A stretch of 63,838 bases of DNA, counting the filler, from Xylographa opegraphella (lineage: Eukaryota), in assembly GCA_022813865.1 (NCBI GenBank). It is 9 parts of 9 records of this genome, joined end to end, with 100 filler letters (N's around TTAATTAATTAA, not from the genome) between each part and the next. Parts side by side here need not be neighbours in the genome. Positions count along the whole stretch, not along the records: positions 1 to 7,394 come from JALDZX010000200.1; positions 7,495 to 14,848 come from JALDZX010000201.1; 7 more parts are not named here. One strand, written 5' to 3'. The position numbers and the translations under genes were made by a program. Positions 1 through 12,929 of the stretch are shown one piece after another (position 1 is the first letter of the stretch; every line of letters starts with the position of its first letter). The notes below the pieces were generated by a model, which did not search any database, was not told the origin of the DNA, and saw only the letters and a program-made list of their open reading frames with translations.

Positions 1-62
1 TATTTTTATTTTTATTTTTATTTTTATTTTTATTTTTATTTTTATTTTTATTTTTATTTTTA
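1..62. repeat. (TATTTT)n microsatellite at contig start
   Basis: About 10 perfect copies of TATTTT read directly. Confidence 0.9.
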
Positions 63-3000
63 TTAATTTTAAAAGGTTCAATTTTAATATAATTTAATTT
101 TCTGCTTGGTTTTGTTGTTTCGATGTTTTTGCGGAGTAAATAAACTTTATTTTCTTTTTTTAGTATAAAGCCCCTGGATTTATATTGGTTTGCGTAAAAT
201 ACTAACTTGAACTTTAAAAATTTAATAATTTTTTTCAAGTTAATATGCAGTCGTCGAAGTTTTTTAATTAATATATTTATTAATTTATTAATTTTTTTTA
301 CAGATTTTAAGTCTCGAAACAGTTTTGTATAATACCCTTAGTTAATATGGAATAGCGTTTATTTAATTTTTTCATTAATACTATTATTATATACTAATTG
401 TATTATTAGCAGTAATACAATTCAATCGTTTTGTCAGTAATTTATATATATACGAAAATACTATTCGATTATTTGTTTTATTTTTTTGGTTTGTTTATCT
501 GTCTGCGAGTAATATTTAGTTAATAATGAATAATTAATTTTCAATTGTTTAGTTAATGTCTGCCAGAACTTCGATATAAATAGTTTATTTCTATCAGATA
601 TAATTTTATCTGGCAGTAACTATATAAAAACTATATATTTTAAAAAGGTATATACCAAGTCCTTTATATTCGAGCTTTTTATATATGAAATAATATTAAC
701 TTCCTTGGTAAGTTTATTTACGATTGTTAAAATAAAATCATATTTAACCTTTATTATAAATTTTTTCGATAGTAGTAACTTGACTACAAAGTTTAGTACT
801 ATCGAAGACCATGATTTTGAAAGTATTCTTAATAATTTAGGCAATTTATATGGTTAATACCTTGTCGGTTTTGTTTTGTAGCATAAATTACATTTATTAA
901 TATACTTTTAAACCTTTTTTTATATATAAAAAATAGTAAATTCGAGTTATCGTTTTAATTATTTTGTTAATACCTGAATGGCCACTTATTGGTTTATTGT
1001 AGTATTTTTTCAATAACTTTTTTGTTATACAGCTAAATACATATATTAATCCCTGAAATAATATTAATTTATTGTTGGAAGTAGTACATTCTTGCTGTTC
1101 TCCTTCAAGAATTTTTTGTATTTGTTTTTCTTTGGTGTAAGCTGACTTAACTTTTGTTTCTAAATTATGATTTTAAATAATTATTATAGTTATAAGTAAA
1201 TAATTATATTTTAGCGTACCTTTGTTTGTATTTTGCAAAATCGATTACTTGATTTTTAGTCGTTTTTTTATATAATTAGGTCGTTTACTAAAAGCGTTTA
1301 TTTTTACATTTTAAATCCTTTTCGATAATAAATCTCGAAGTTGTAGCTTAATAGTTTTTCAACATATTTATTTTATTTTTCTGTTCAAAACCTTGGTCGT
1401 AGTAAAATACACCAAGTTCTTATAGTTAATATATATTTAAATATAATACTTAAATTTTTCGCAGTATAATCTTTACTGTTTAAATTCTTCGGTAATAATT
1501 AATAGTTCTCTATCGTAAATTTAATAATTTTGCTTTAATATATAAAACTTTCTAGAGTAAAACGCTACTGGTCATCATTTTTTGTCGTTTTTTTAATTCA
1601 AGCATACTTTTATAGCAAGATTTAAAAAGTTTATTTTTATAAAAATCTCTTTGCTTAAATTAAATATAATTAGTATTAATTTTATATTAAATTCATATTT
1701 TAATTCGTCAAATGCTCCTTGCATAATGGCGTTTTATTTAAATAATAGGTTTTCTTATTTATATTTATTAAGTGCTAAGCTATTCGAGAGTAATTCTTTA
1801 CAAATTTTCGATAAAAATTCGCTAATTCTAAAAAGATTATACGTTTTTTACCATTTAAAATATAAATTATTTCAAGATTGATTTTATTTTAAATAAATTT
1901 ATTTTTAAACCTTTGCTTAAAACGATATAGCTTAGAAACTCGATTCTTCATCTACAGAATCCGTATTTTTCTGGTTTAATACGTAAGTTTGCATTTTTCA
2001 AAGCTTGCAGTACTTATTTAACGTATTTTACATATTTAATATCGTCGATAAAATATATTAATAAATTATTTAAGTATATTACTACGAATACATTTAAGTA
2101 CTTTCGAAATATATTGTTAATATAAGCTTAAAAGGTAAATAAAGCGTTAATTAACTCGAAAGGTATAATTATATATTTATAAAGTTCGAAGCGCGTTTTT
2201 ATAGCGATTTTTTATTTTTAATTTTTCTGAATTCGAATTCGATTGTACGCTTCTGATATATCGAATTTCGTAAATTGATTAATTTTTTGAAGTCGATTAT
2301 GTAACTTCGAAATCAAAAATAATAAGTAACTATTTTTAATAGTTACGTTGTTTAATTCTTGATAATTAATATAAAATCGAAGCTTATCGTCCTTTTTTAG
2401 TACGAATAAAATAAAGTATTTAATTAGCGACTACGATTTTCGTATAAAACTTTTTTTAAATTTGCGTCGAAATACTCTCGTAGTGCGTTTAGCTTCTTTA
2501 CTAACAGTAAATAAATTAAAAACTTGCTTGAATTTATCCCCTCTTTTATAAATATAGTATAATTTTACGATTAATGTATTAAAAAAGCTTTTTTAGTATT
2601 TTTTCGTTAAATAACGTATTGAATTCTTTATATTCTTTGGAAATTATAGCTTTAAACTAATTTCTTTTAATAAATTTAATCCATAAAATCTGCACTTATC
2701 CTCGGTATTTGCGAAGTTTTTTTCGAAACTGATCAAATAGATTGCGCATATTTTTATATCGTTTTTTAATAAATTTTCGCTCAAAAGTATTTTTTATTTT
2801 TAAGAAAAATACATCGTTTGCCTAGTTAAATTAATCTGTAAATTAACCTTTTTGAATATTAATAATTTAAGTACTATATTGTAAATTTCTGTTATCGTAA
2901 TATCGAAATATATAGTTATAATATATAACTCAATTCGAATTTTCGAATTTTAATTTCTTAATTAACTTGTTCCTGATTATACCCTTAAGGTTTTCCGTTT

Positions 3001-4700
3001 ATCGCTACTATTGGGTAAAAATATCTTTCTTTTTAAAAATCGATATTAGCTTTATTCGCGAAATATGGCGATGAAAAGTTTGCTAAAATTTTTAAATTTA
3101 TTAAAGTTTTCGCGCAGTACTAACCTATACGAATTATTACTTAAAGAGTTTTTGCATAATTTATGACTGCGAGGGTATTCTTTCGATAATAAATTTTTAT
3201 TATTTAAATACTTTTATATTTATTCGAAGGTTTATTATAAGGCGCCTTCGTTAATTTTGTTAAAAAGTTTATTAATTTTTTAACGCGGGGCCCAAAGGTT
3301 TTTAGAGGTACTTAAAATTCTTTACGTTAATTCTTTTACTTTTATATTGTTTAAAATTCTGGCGCTTATATTCTTTTTTAAATGCTCAAGTTGTTTTTTT
3401 AAGTTCTTTAAAAATATATCCTTCGTTTAGAGTTAAGCATTTTTCGTTCGTTGTAAATACGAATCTTACAGATAAATATTCTTTCATGATATTTTAATAT
3501 TTAATATTTATTTTTAATATTAATTCAAAAATGTTAAACTGGGTCGCGAGCCAGTTAAAACGCGCTTTTATTAATTTTAATATAATTTTTAAAATATTAT
3601 AGCATTTCTGATAAATTATATATCAATTTTTTATACGATATTAACCTTTCGCGAAGCTTGCCGATTTTTTTTTAAAAAAAAGCTTTATTTTTTAATAAAT
3701 TTTGAAGTATATTTAATATCGAGTCGTATATTTCTTTTTATAAGGTAAATTTTTTATTTCTCTTTAATTCTGGTTTAAAATTTTCGTTACTACTAATTGA
3801 ATTTTTTTTATCCATCGTCAATGGGTTTTAAAATATTTGTTATTATATTACCGAAGTTTTAATAATACCCATTTACAGTATATTCGTTAATGGCTTTAGC
3901 ATTTTTTACTTGCTGTATTTTTTAATTTATATTAAATGTTTTGGGTAATCTTTATTGTAAATATTCTTTTACTATATATATAATAAATTTTTATAGAAAA
4001 TTAATAATCGAACTGTTCGATTTAATAATCTTTCGTTTTATAATTTTAGCGACGTAGCGTTAATTTTCATTTTAACTGACTTTGATTATTTCTCGAGCTA
4101 TATTAATCTTGATTTTTCTACTTGTTACTTGCAGCCTACCCTTTTTATTAACTCTATTGAGAGTTATTTTAAGCTATATTTATCGTTTAAATAAATAATA
4201 TAATTATCGTCGTAATATGTCGTTCACGAAAGTTTATTATAATTTTTTAATATTACTACGAGCTTTTATTTGCGTAAGATATTATTTTTTTTAATTTTTT
4301 TCTTTAATGATATTAGCGATAGTTTTCTTCTGTTAACGACAATTTTAAGCGAAACGTTTTTTTTATCGTAATTATAGTACTTTTTTGACTAATTTTTTTT
4401 ATTAATTCGTATTTTTTCCTTTTTTTTCGAAACTGCCCTGGGCGTTTCGCTGTTATATTTAGTTTTATTTTTTAAAGTTTATAGGTATCGAGCTTAAAGT
4501 TTTAAAAGTAATAAAGTTTTTTATTGAATTCGTAATTCTTTCGTTCTCTATTTAAAACAATAAACGTACGATCATTATTTTTTTATACGTCGCTCGTACT
4601 GTCGATTATCGATTGTTATAGCTTTTATTATTATTTCTCTAAATATTTCTGGTTTATTTCCCCTAAATATATTATTTCTAATGTTGTTTTTAAATCCTTT
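63..4700 (-). mobile_element. RIP-degraded Ty3/gypsy LTR retrotransposon (gag-pol remnant)
   Basis: Minus-strand motif remnants in gypsy order: gag zinc knuckle YYNYDKKKRFA*NCR (~4335-4380, from CxxCxxxxHxxxxC), RT IYFIDDI (~2035-2060, from YLDD), integrase WSSIVLNFVVKL..YDFILTIVNKLTK (ORF 620-844), GPF/Y-like module near 70-160. Many C>T/G>A-type stops. Confidence 0.85.
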
Positions 4701-7286
4701 TGATAAGGTTCTGATCAGTACTATATAAAACAGGGGTCGGGGGAATTTTATTCCGGGTATTTTCTCTGCCTTCAACGAAGGCATAAAAGGTTTAACCTTT
4801 TTATCTCAATTGCCTTCTGCGGAGGCATAAAAGGCATTTTAAAATAAAACTTTAATATAAAATAAAGGATTTTCTTTGTTATAAAAGGCGTATTTGATTT
4901 ATATTATAATCTTGAACTATTAAGCTTTAATATAATATTATACAGAAATTATTATTTTTTTTAAAAACGATAAATCTGTCATTGTACTTTTTTATTTACT
5001 TATTAACAAATTTAATTTAAATTCCTAACCGAATTGTATCAATCAAATTCAAAATCGTAATATTTCAAATATTTTTAAATAAATATATTAAAAGCACGAT
5101 TAAATCGAACTTTAAATATTATAAAAAATAATAAAAAATACTATTAAAAACTAATCGTGTTAAAGTAAAGAAACCCAATAAATATGAAAAAAATAGGGAT
5201 TATGAAAAAACTGATTTATACAAATAAATGTATTTTTCGGATTTTGAAGAAATAGTGTTGTAAAGTTAAAAATATTATTTTTCGCTATTACGTAAATACG
5301 AGGACAAGTTTAAAAATAAATTACTTTTTATTTTGAAAAAATATTTTAAAACCCCTAATAATAAAGATCTTAAATGGCTAAAAAACTTCGCGACGTTTAA
5401 AATCGAGATTAAATTATTTTTTAATTATTTAACGAAAAAATTATAATTATACGAATTGTATAGTATTTTAAATAAAAAGAGTTTTGCGCGGAATATTTTA
5501 ACTCGATTTTAATAATTTATCATTTAAACGAAGTAAAACGACGGCGTTTTAATTATAGTATATCGTAAAGGAATTAAAAACTCGATTAAAAATCAATTAA
5601 TAAAAATCAATATCGCGATTAAAATTATGAATTAAATAATCGAAAAGTACATAAAAATCGACGACAAACTGTATAAAAAATTATAAAACCTAAATACGAA
5701 ATTGAAAGCGCAGCAAAAATTAATTATTAAAAAAACGATTTTAAAATAAAAAGAATTATATAAAACGCTAAACCCCTATAGACTAATATTAATAAAACTA
5801 AATATGTTTTAAAAGCAAAAATAGCGTTTTTGGAAATAATATTCCCGAGAAAAAAAATATTATATATATAAAAAAATCGGCTATATTACTAAAAACTGTC
5901 GATCGAAAAACAAAATATTTAAATTACAAATAAATATATACCTAAAATTTTCGGTAAAATCGAAATTTAAAGAAAAAAACAATCAGCTGTTTTTATACAA
6001 GGAAAAAAATACGATATTTACTTTAATTTTTAATGATTAAATTAGTATTAACAAAACGCGCGAGAAAATTCATTTATAAAATAATTTTTAAGTAAAAATC
6101 TTTAGTAACGAAAAAAACAATTTAAATATTAATAATCTATAAATCGAGAAAAATCCCGAGAAGCAGAATATTGAGTTAGGTAATTTAAAAAATTAAATTT
6201 GTAAAAAATTTAACGAGCCAATAACGCCGGTATAAATTAAAAAAATAAATATATAAAATTATCGAGTAAACCCAGAACAGTTATATTATAATACAATATA
6301 TAGTAATATTGATATAAGTATATAATACAAAGTTTATTAAAAAAATCATTAATATAATAGCTATACAGAGAGAGTTTATTATAGTATTTAAGTTTAAAAT
6401 AAATACTTTTAAAATAAGTGCTTTTGGCATAAAAAAAACGATAATTTTTATAATTTTTAAAACACATATAAGAATTTTGCTATAATTTTATTGTATATAA
6501 AATCCGTTCGAAAAAAAAACTGTAGAAATTTACTATAGCAATAGTATTTCTATGAAAAATATCTAATATATAAAATTAAAGGAATTTACGACTATCTAGA
6601 ATAAGAATAAAATATATGTATTCTAAAAAAAAATATAAAGATTAATTTAATATATCTTAAAATACACTGAAAAAATTAAATTAAATTTTTTTATAAAAAT
6701 TCCAATTAAAATAAACGGTTATCGAACAATCGTATCGTTAAATACTAAAATTAATTTAAATTATATATTTAACACTTTCGCGAAAAGCTGCGACTTTAAA
6801 AATTTAACTTTAAAATAGATTTAAATAATAATAGCCGACGTGTTATTAAAAAAGAAAAGCGAACGGTATACAAGACCATTATCCATCGCTATTTATTAAT
6901 ATTATAAAAAATAGTCTCTGATATAATTACAATGAGTAGATATTATATTATTTTAAACTTATTTGAGTGAATTAAACACAACGTGTTTTTAAATTAAAAC
7001 AAAAAATATTTATTAAGTATAATAATCGCGTTATTTATATATATTTTATATCTCGATAAAAAACGATAGTAAATAAAAAAAATAAAAAATCGCTCGAGAT
7101 TATAAAAATCTTATTTTCAAATAAAAATTAATTTATTTAAAATTCGACTCGATACGCATCGGCAACGGTTAGCTAAACAAATTGAATTAAAGTTTTAAAA
7201 AATAACGTAACTTTTAATATTTCTAAAAAAATATAAAGCGTAAATATAGTTATTTTTAAAAACAGGAAAAGTTTAACGCCTTATTT
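4701..7286 (+). mobile_element. Second RIP-degraded gypsy element (5' LTR of family B + gag/protease), abutting or nested in the first
   Basis: 4701-5062 aligns to solo LTR 23362-23725 mostly by transitions. The sequence after it matches that after LTR 21732-22097. Zinc-knuckle remnant YYIYKKIGYITKNCRS at ~5858-5905. Confidence 0.75.
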
Positions 7287-7394
7287 TGTGGTGGATTCGG
7301 GGCGGGTCTTTTGGGCGCTTTTTGGATTTCGAGCTTCCTTCTTCACGCATCTGCATATAGCGATAGAGCAGCAGAGCCACAACGGCAGTTAATT
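7287..7394 (+). mobile_element. LTR-like repeat 5' end (family I), truncated by contig end
   Basis: TGTGGTGGATTCGGGGCGGGTCTTTTGGGCGC.. is near-identical to 42591 onward; GC-rich within AT-rich DNA. Confidence 0.6.
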
Positions 7395-7494
7395 NNNNNN
7401 NNNNNNNNNNNNNNNNNNNNNNNNNNNNNNNNNNNNNNTTAATTAATTAANNNNNNNNNNNNNNNNNNNNNNNNNNNNNNNNNNNNNNNNNNNN
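7395..7494. other. Artificial contig spacer (44N-TTAATTAATTAA-44N); also at 14849-14948, 22224-22323, 29528-29627, 36576-36675, 43605-43704, 50606-50705, 57544-57643
   Basis: Eight identical 100-nt blocks with a six-frame stop linker; intervening contig lengths decrease monotonically. Confidence 0.97.
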
Positions 7495-7653
7495 CCATGC
7501 CTCCGAAGGAGGGTATGGAAGGCAACCGGACTAACATTCCTCCGACCCCTGTTCCACAACGTATTGGTTAGAACCTTAACACTACGGAGGCAGAGGAGGC
7601 AGCCGGAATAATGTTTCTCCGACCCTTACACAACATTGGTTAGAACCTTATCA
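7495..7653 (-). mobile_element. Two stacked 5' ends of family-B-type LTRs
   Basis: Segments ending ..GGTTAGAACCTTAACA (7581) and ..GGTTAGAACCTTATCA (7653), the reverse complement of the TG(T/A)TAAGGTTCT start of LTR B. Confidence 0.65.
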
Positions 7654-8217
7654 ATAATTTAAATACGAAAATCGTTTTTTGCATAAATATACGTATTTTT
7701 TTAATATATTAATGAAAAATAAATAATTTTATTAATTACAAAAAAATAAACTCGATTACTATTGAAAATAATAGTATTTGACAAAATATTTTTCATATTG
7801 CTTGAACATAATATAAATTTAAATTAACGTAATCGTTTATAAAAAGTTTTTTTTAAGAAAAAAGCAATTTTTCAACGTGTTTTAACAAATAATTCAATAT
7901 ATAAAAATAAATGAAAATTCAAAGAAATTCAATTTCGTTAATTAATTAAAAATTAAATTTTATAAAAACGCGAGTTTGAATTTGATTAAAGTAATTCAAT
8001 CGATATAATTATAATTTGCTTTTAACTCGAACGTTAACGACTCGCAGTATTTTTTAAATATATAATTAACTATTATTTATTTGTAATTTGCGAAAATAAC
8101 GTTATCGAAATATTTTAATTTATTTATCAATTTTGTAAGCATTTAACGCAACAACGACGCAAACTCGCGAAGTAAATAAATAATGTAAAATAAGTAAATA
8201 AATCGTGCACGAAACCG

Positions 8218-8355
8218 TGTCGCGGCTTCAAAGCGATGGCTGGAGGTTTACCTACATACTGTAAAAATATCTTACTATACACGGTAAAATCACCATCTCC
8301 ACGATTTAAGGTATCAGTAAACTTTACCTACCACTGGTCCTATAGTGGTATGACA
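8218..8355. mobile_element. Possible short solo LTR
   Basis: TGTC..GACA termini; flanks AACCG/AATTA differ only by C>T and G>A, consistent with a RIP-mutated 5-bp TSD. Single copy in window. Confidence 0.35.
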
Positions 8356-8679
8356 AATTAAATTAGTGGTCAGGACTTACAAATAAAATGAATCCGTCTC
8401 TGAGAATATCATATCTGTCAGTCTCGTCCACGTGTGACCACTCAATATCGTCGAGTAGCCACATATCACGCTTATGTCGACGAACGAGTAGCGAACGACC
8501 AAGTCATTGTTGTCTCGGATTAGCTTAACTTTAACACACTTGAAGAATCTTTGGCCCTAAAGAACACGACGTGCCCAAGATGTGCAATAACTTGATGGAG
8601 GTGTTTTCTGACCTCGAACCAGTGACTATGAAAGGAATTTCTTATCACACCGTAGGCAGCAAATTAAGACTGCCAAGGA

Positions 8680-9444
8680 TCAAGGTGGCAATTCAACAAT
8701 CTCCCAATGGCGAACGCCTTCGCCGATGACGAGGGTCAACCTCTCGACTTCCCACTCAGTATAGAGCTTTGTTGTCTCTCGCATTGCTTGCACATGGTCT
8801 CCACCAGAACCACCCTTACGGGCGTCATCCCTTGAACGCCACACGCCTATGATCATTAGCTCCTGCTCGTTTGACCGAGGCTGATACCATGACAAAAACT
8901 TACATGTCGCGAGGTTCCTCCCGGTGATATCTGGGGTGCCAAACCAGTATTTCAGTAGCCCTCCGCTTTCAGTAGCTCCTGCATGGGAGAGCCTATCAAG
9001 GGTTGCAAGATGGGTTCGATCAGTTGTTGGAGGGATCTGAGATCTGAATACGATGATGTAGAAATTTTGTTGCTCCCAAGAATAGGCATATTCTTCCTTA
9101 ACCAAAACGCGCAACGCTTCAATGATATGTGACCAGTTAAATGATTCTGTATACGGTGCAGTTGCGTAATCACGTCGAACTTGCTTGAATAGTGTAAGGG
9201 CCTTTGCGATAAGCTGGTTTGGCTTACTGATAGTACGAAGATCCAGTAGGTGAAGAGGTGTTGTATATGGTGACGCGACAAGGAGATTGCCCTGTACTGC
9301 CATTTCAGAGGACTCAGTACCTGTCGTTGGAACAAGTCCAACGGGCGATTCGAGCCGGGGGAGGCCATTGATATGGCATCCCAGAGATAACGTGCGCGAA
9401 ATCAGAGGTGTTAAAAGCACTGCTTTAGAGTGGTCGGGGTCCAT
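8680..9444 (-). CDS. UPF0643-family protein (S. pombe PB2B2.08-like)
   Basis: Motifs SPYT..HLLDL, DYATAPY.ESFNW, FYIIVFRS, SGGLLKYWFG.PD..GRNLATC|VWRS. A 57-nt in-frame GTAAGT..CTAAT..TAG intron at 8847-8903 explains the read-through ORF. Start ATG 9444 is uncertain. Confidence 0.8.
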   Translation of the reverse strand: MDPDHSKAVLLTPLISRTLSLGCHINGLPRLESPVGLVPTTGTESSEMAVQGNLLVASPYTTPLHLLDLRTISKPNQLIAKALTLFKQVRRDYATAPYTESFNWSHIIEALRVLVKEEYAYSWEQQNFYIIVFRSQIPPTTDRTHLATLDRLSHAGATESGGLLKYWFGTPDITGRNLATCKFLSWYQPRSNEQELMIIGVWRSRDDARKGGSGGDHVQAMRETTKLYTEWEVERLTLVIGEGVRHWEIVELPP

Positions 9445-10241
9445 CCCACACGAATTCTCTTGCTGGGCAAGGACGACAATGTATGAAAATTTGGCTAGAC
9501 ACGCAAAGTAGTCCTTGTGACTCCGCAAATAAGTAAGAGAAGACCTGGCATGGTGAATGAATTGAGGTTGTAGCACGCAATCTCATCAGGGTCGACTAAT
9601 AAAAACCCACCACACTATTTGAAATGATGAACGTTGAAAACAAACGAACCATATGATTGTGTGTTGAAGGCAACGGAATTATCAATGGCGACCTCAACAA
9701 GCTCTCGCCGTGCATGTGGTAGCTGTCCCGAATACCAAATGCTTGTTCACTACTCATCGAGTTTCATCACGTTCTTCATGAAAACCCGGGATTAAGATTA
9801 ATTTGGTTTTACATAAATGAGGCGGATGAACAATACATACGCTAGATTTCTTGCCATTCATGACCACCACTAGATACACGAGAGAGACTTACTACAGTTG
9901 CGAGGACATGTTCAAATCCGGCATCGGCAATCTTGCAATTGGGAAGGAAACAAACGTTGAGGTTGCGTTTCATGCCCAGTTTTGGATAAAACTTCCGGTA
10001 ACGAGACTGAGATCTCAAGCACGAGTTGCCTATGAGTATTAACCCTTAATGAGTATATACCGTAAACGCTCTGCAGGGTCTTGGGTGGTCCAGAGCTGGT
10101 TGCGCTGTGTAACCTGAATAAATCCATGCCAGCAAGGTACTAGGACTATGAAACTAGAGACCAAAGAGGCTATCACGCTGTGTACGTTCTACAGCTCGCC
10201 GCTATTAGAACATCTCAGTTTAGTCAACGATTCCACGCGAG

Positions 10242-12653
10242 ATGGAAGAACCAACTCAGCAAGCATTTCCAAAGTCGCAACGGAGTCTCAATCCATTTTC
10301 GGAGTTTCACAATCCGCCAGCACAACCAAGCGCAGTACCATTCGCATCACTCGACCCACATTTACAAGACCTCGATTCTGGTGAAGTTTTTGCGCAGCAT
10401 TTCCGCAACCAATTCACCGATCCCGGGCACAACCAGCATTTACGTGACGGAGACCTCTTTAACAGAAATGTCATACCACGATTTCAAGAGGTCCGCTCGC
10501 ACACGATTCCTCCGCATCCAAGGCACACCCATCCGGTCGAACTCGTAGGCCAGTTTGCACAATTACCACTGAATGCGCAAAGACCGCAGAACGCTTATCT
10601 GCACAACAACACTTTGGATCGTATCCAAAGAGATCGCTCGGAAGTACAACCAGCTCAGTCAGCTAATGAACCACGGAAGGCGGATGGTCATTTTGAAAAT
10701 ACTAAGATCATCCCAAACCCTCCAGACCTCCTTGCATGGAGGGAACGATTGTTTGATGTGGACGAAATTATCACACTTTCGGAGGATGAGTATGCAAGAT
10801 TTACTTCTGTTCGAAAACATATTTGAACTGACTACACTTTTAGTTTTCTAACTTACTTTCCGCACGTTGACAACATCTACTCGCATCGTTCAACGCAACG
10901 TTACAAGCGAAAGCCCTTTTTATCTCATTATTGGGATTGTAGACTGAAAGGACGTCCTCCAGGGACACCAAAGTCAGATGATCCTACAAAGAGGAAGCGA
11001 AAACGTCAAGCCCGACAACGTGATCTATGCGACGTGAAGATCAAGATAACGGAGTACTTTCCTGGAGCACGAGCAATATTGGGCCAGGAACTCAATGGCT
11101 CCAACGAAGAGCAGTCTAAGGGACCTTTTCGTCAAGGGGATCAAGAAGAGCGCTTGCCGCCCTTATTAGAAGGCTTGCAGCAAGCCGGTGGATTCGCGGC
11201 AACGGCGTTGTTGAGCGAGAATAATCTATCTCTTCCAGGAAGCAAAGGGGAAAGATTTTTCACCATTCAGCGCGTTAATGGCAATGGGGGCAATGGCAAG
11301 GGAGATGGAGTCGCTGGTCCGCACAAGCATACACTCCAAGAAAGCGATCGTGTGAAGAAAAATTCAGTTCAACGACAGCTTTTAAAACTGGAGAAGGAGA
11401 CAAAGAAGATGCAGGTATGTTAGGATCATGGAGAATAGATGGTCTAGCCGAACGTTTCAGGGCAGCGAGGCGTCACAATACCTTAGGCTGTCACGTCATT
11501 GATGGAATGGCAACTTCATCGACGCAGACGCTTCCACCATGTCTTTCCACAAAACTCCAGCACAACATGCTTTTTCGGCGATACATTCCTTTCCTCAGCT
11601 CTACAGAGCCTATTAAGGCAGCAGACGCTGATTCGAGATCACCTGAACAGAAAACATACCACAAAAAGGCGACGGGGACTGCGCTAGGAACAGTTAAACG
11701 TCATAGCAAAGAACATGACTTGAAGCTTTTTGGGAGCTGCTTCTGGTGTGTAATGTCTTCCAGCACAAGATCCCGTTCCTGACTCCAATTCTCTGTGCTA
11801 ATGCATTTCTCACCGTAGCCCCTTCGTGCAACGCGTTTGGATTGCTCTTGAGGCCAAAGACCTTGATTATCAATACATTGAAGTAGACCCCTACAAAAAG
11901 CCTCAATCGCTTCTGGAAGTCAATCCTCAAGGACTGGTGCCCGCACTCAGGCACGGGGAATGGGCGTGCTACGAGAGCACAGTTCTAATCGAATATGCAA
12001 GTAAAGTTTTGGTCACTTATTAGAAGCTACAAAACCTAACGATATCTTCAGTTAGAAGATCTAAATGCAGGCGAATCATTACTACCGCAAGGGAATGCGA
12101 GGAAAAGAGCCCACTCCCGCTTGTGGGCTGATCATGTAAGTCATACCACTAATGTTTATCGTGACTGTTGCTGATATACCCTTAATCAGATCAATCGCAA
12201 GATTGTCCCTGCATTCTACCGCTATCTCCAAGCCCAGGAATCTGCCAAGCAGATTGAAAGTGCTGAGGATCTTAGAATACACATCTCAAAGCTCGTTGAT
12301 GCAGCCGATTCAACAGGCCCCTTTTTCTTAGGATCGACAATGTCCTTTGTCGACGTGCAAATCGCCCCTTGGCTACTACGTTTGCGGAGAGTTCTTAAGC
12401 CATACCGAGGCTGGCCCGACGCGGTAGAGGGAACGCGATTCGCGAAATGGGTGATTGCCGTAGAGAACAATGTGGACGTTAGGGCAACCACAAGTACTGA
12501 TGAGTTGTACCTAGATAGCTATGAACGGTATGCAGGTAAAATGATTTCGTGCTGTGAACTGTTTCCGGATTATAACTGACTGGCAACACAGAGAACCGGC
12601 CGAACACCAGTCAGGTGGTAGACGCATTCAATTTGGGACGAGGATTGCCTTAG
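10242..12653 (+). CDS. Cys-type (omega-like) glutathione S-transferase with long N-terminal extension containing a putative WRKY/GCM1-like zinc finger
   Basis: Spliced model, exons 10242-10789, 10844-11414, 11651-11745, 11819-11996, 12052-12135, 12190-12535, 12592-12653, stays in frame. GST N-domain GSCFCPFVQRVWIALEAK..VNPQGLVPAL..YESTVLIEYLEDL; C-domain GPFFLGSTMSFVDVQIAPW; ends NRPNTSQVVDAFNLGRGLP*. Confidence 0.85.
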
Positions 12654-12929
12654 GGCCTGTTCAGCAACCTTCCAGTAAATTTCAATAGGTTCAACCTACT
12701 GTTTTTTCGGTAGGTCGCAACCTACCGAATATTTTCGTAGGTTCAGGGCCGGGCGTACACCCTAATTGGGGCGTTCAGCAACTAACATAATAGTAGTAAA
12801 AATAATAATGAAAATACGCTATTTATGCCAGCTGTTGAAATCATACTGAAAGATCTCGAAATAACAATGCGTTAGTGCCAAAGTTTCATAATATTAAATT
12901 TAATTAAATGTAATTTTATAAATTGCTGA

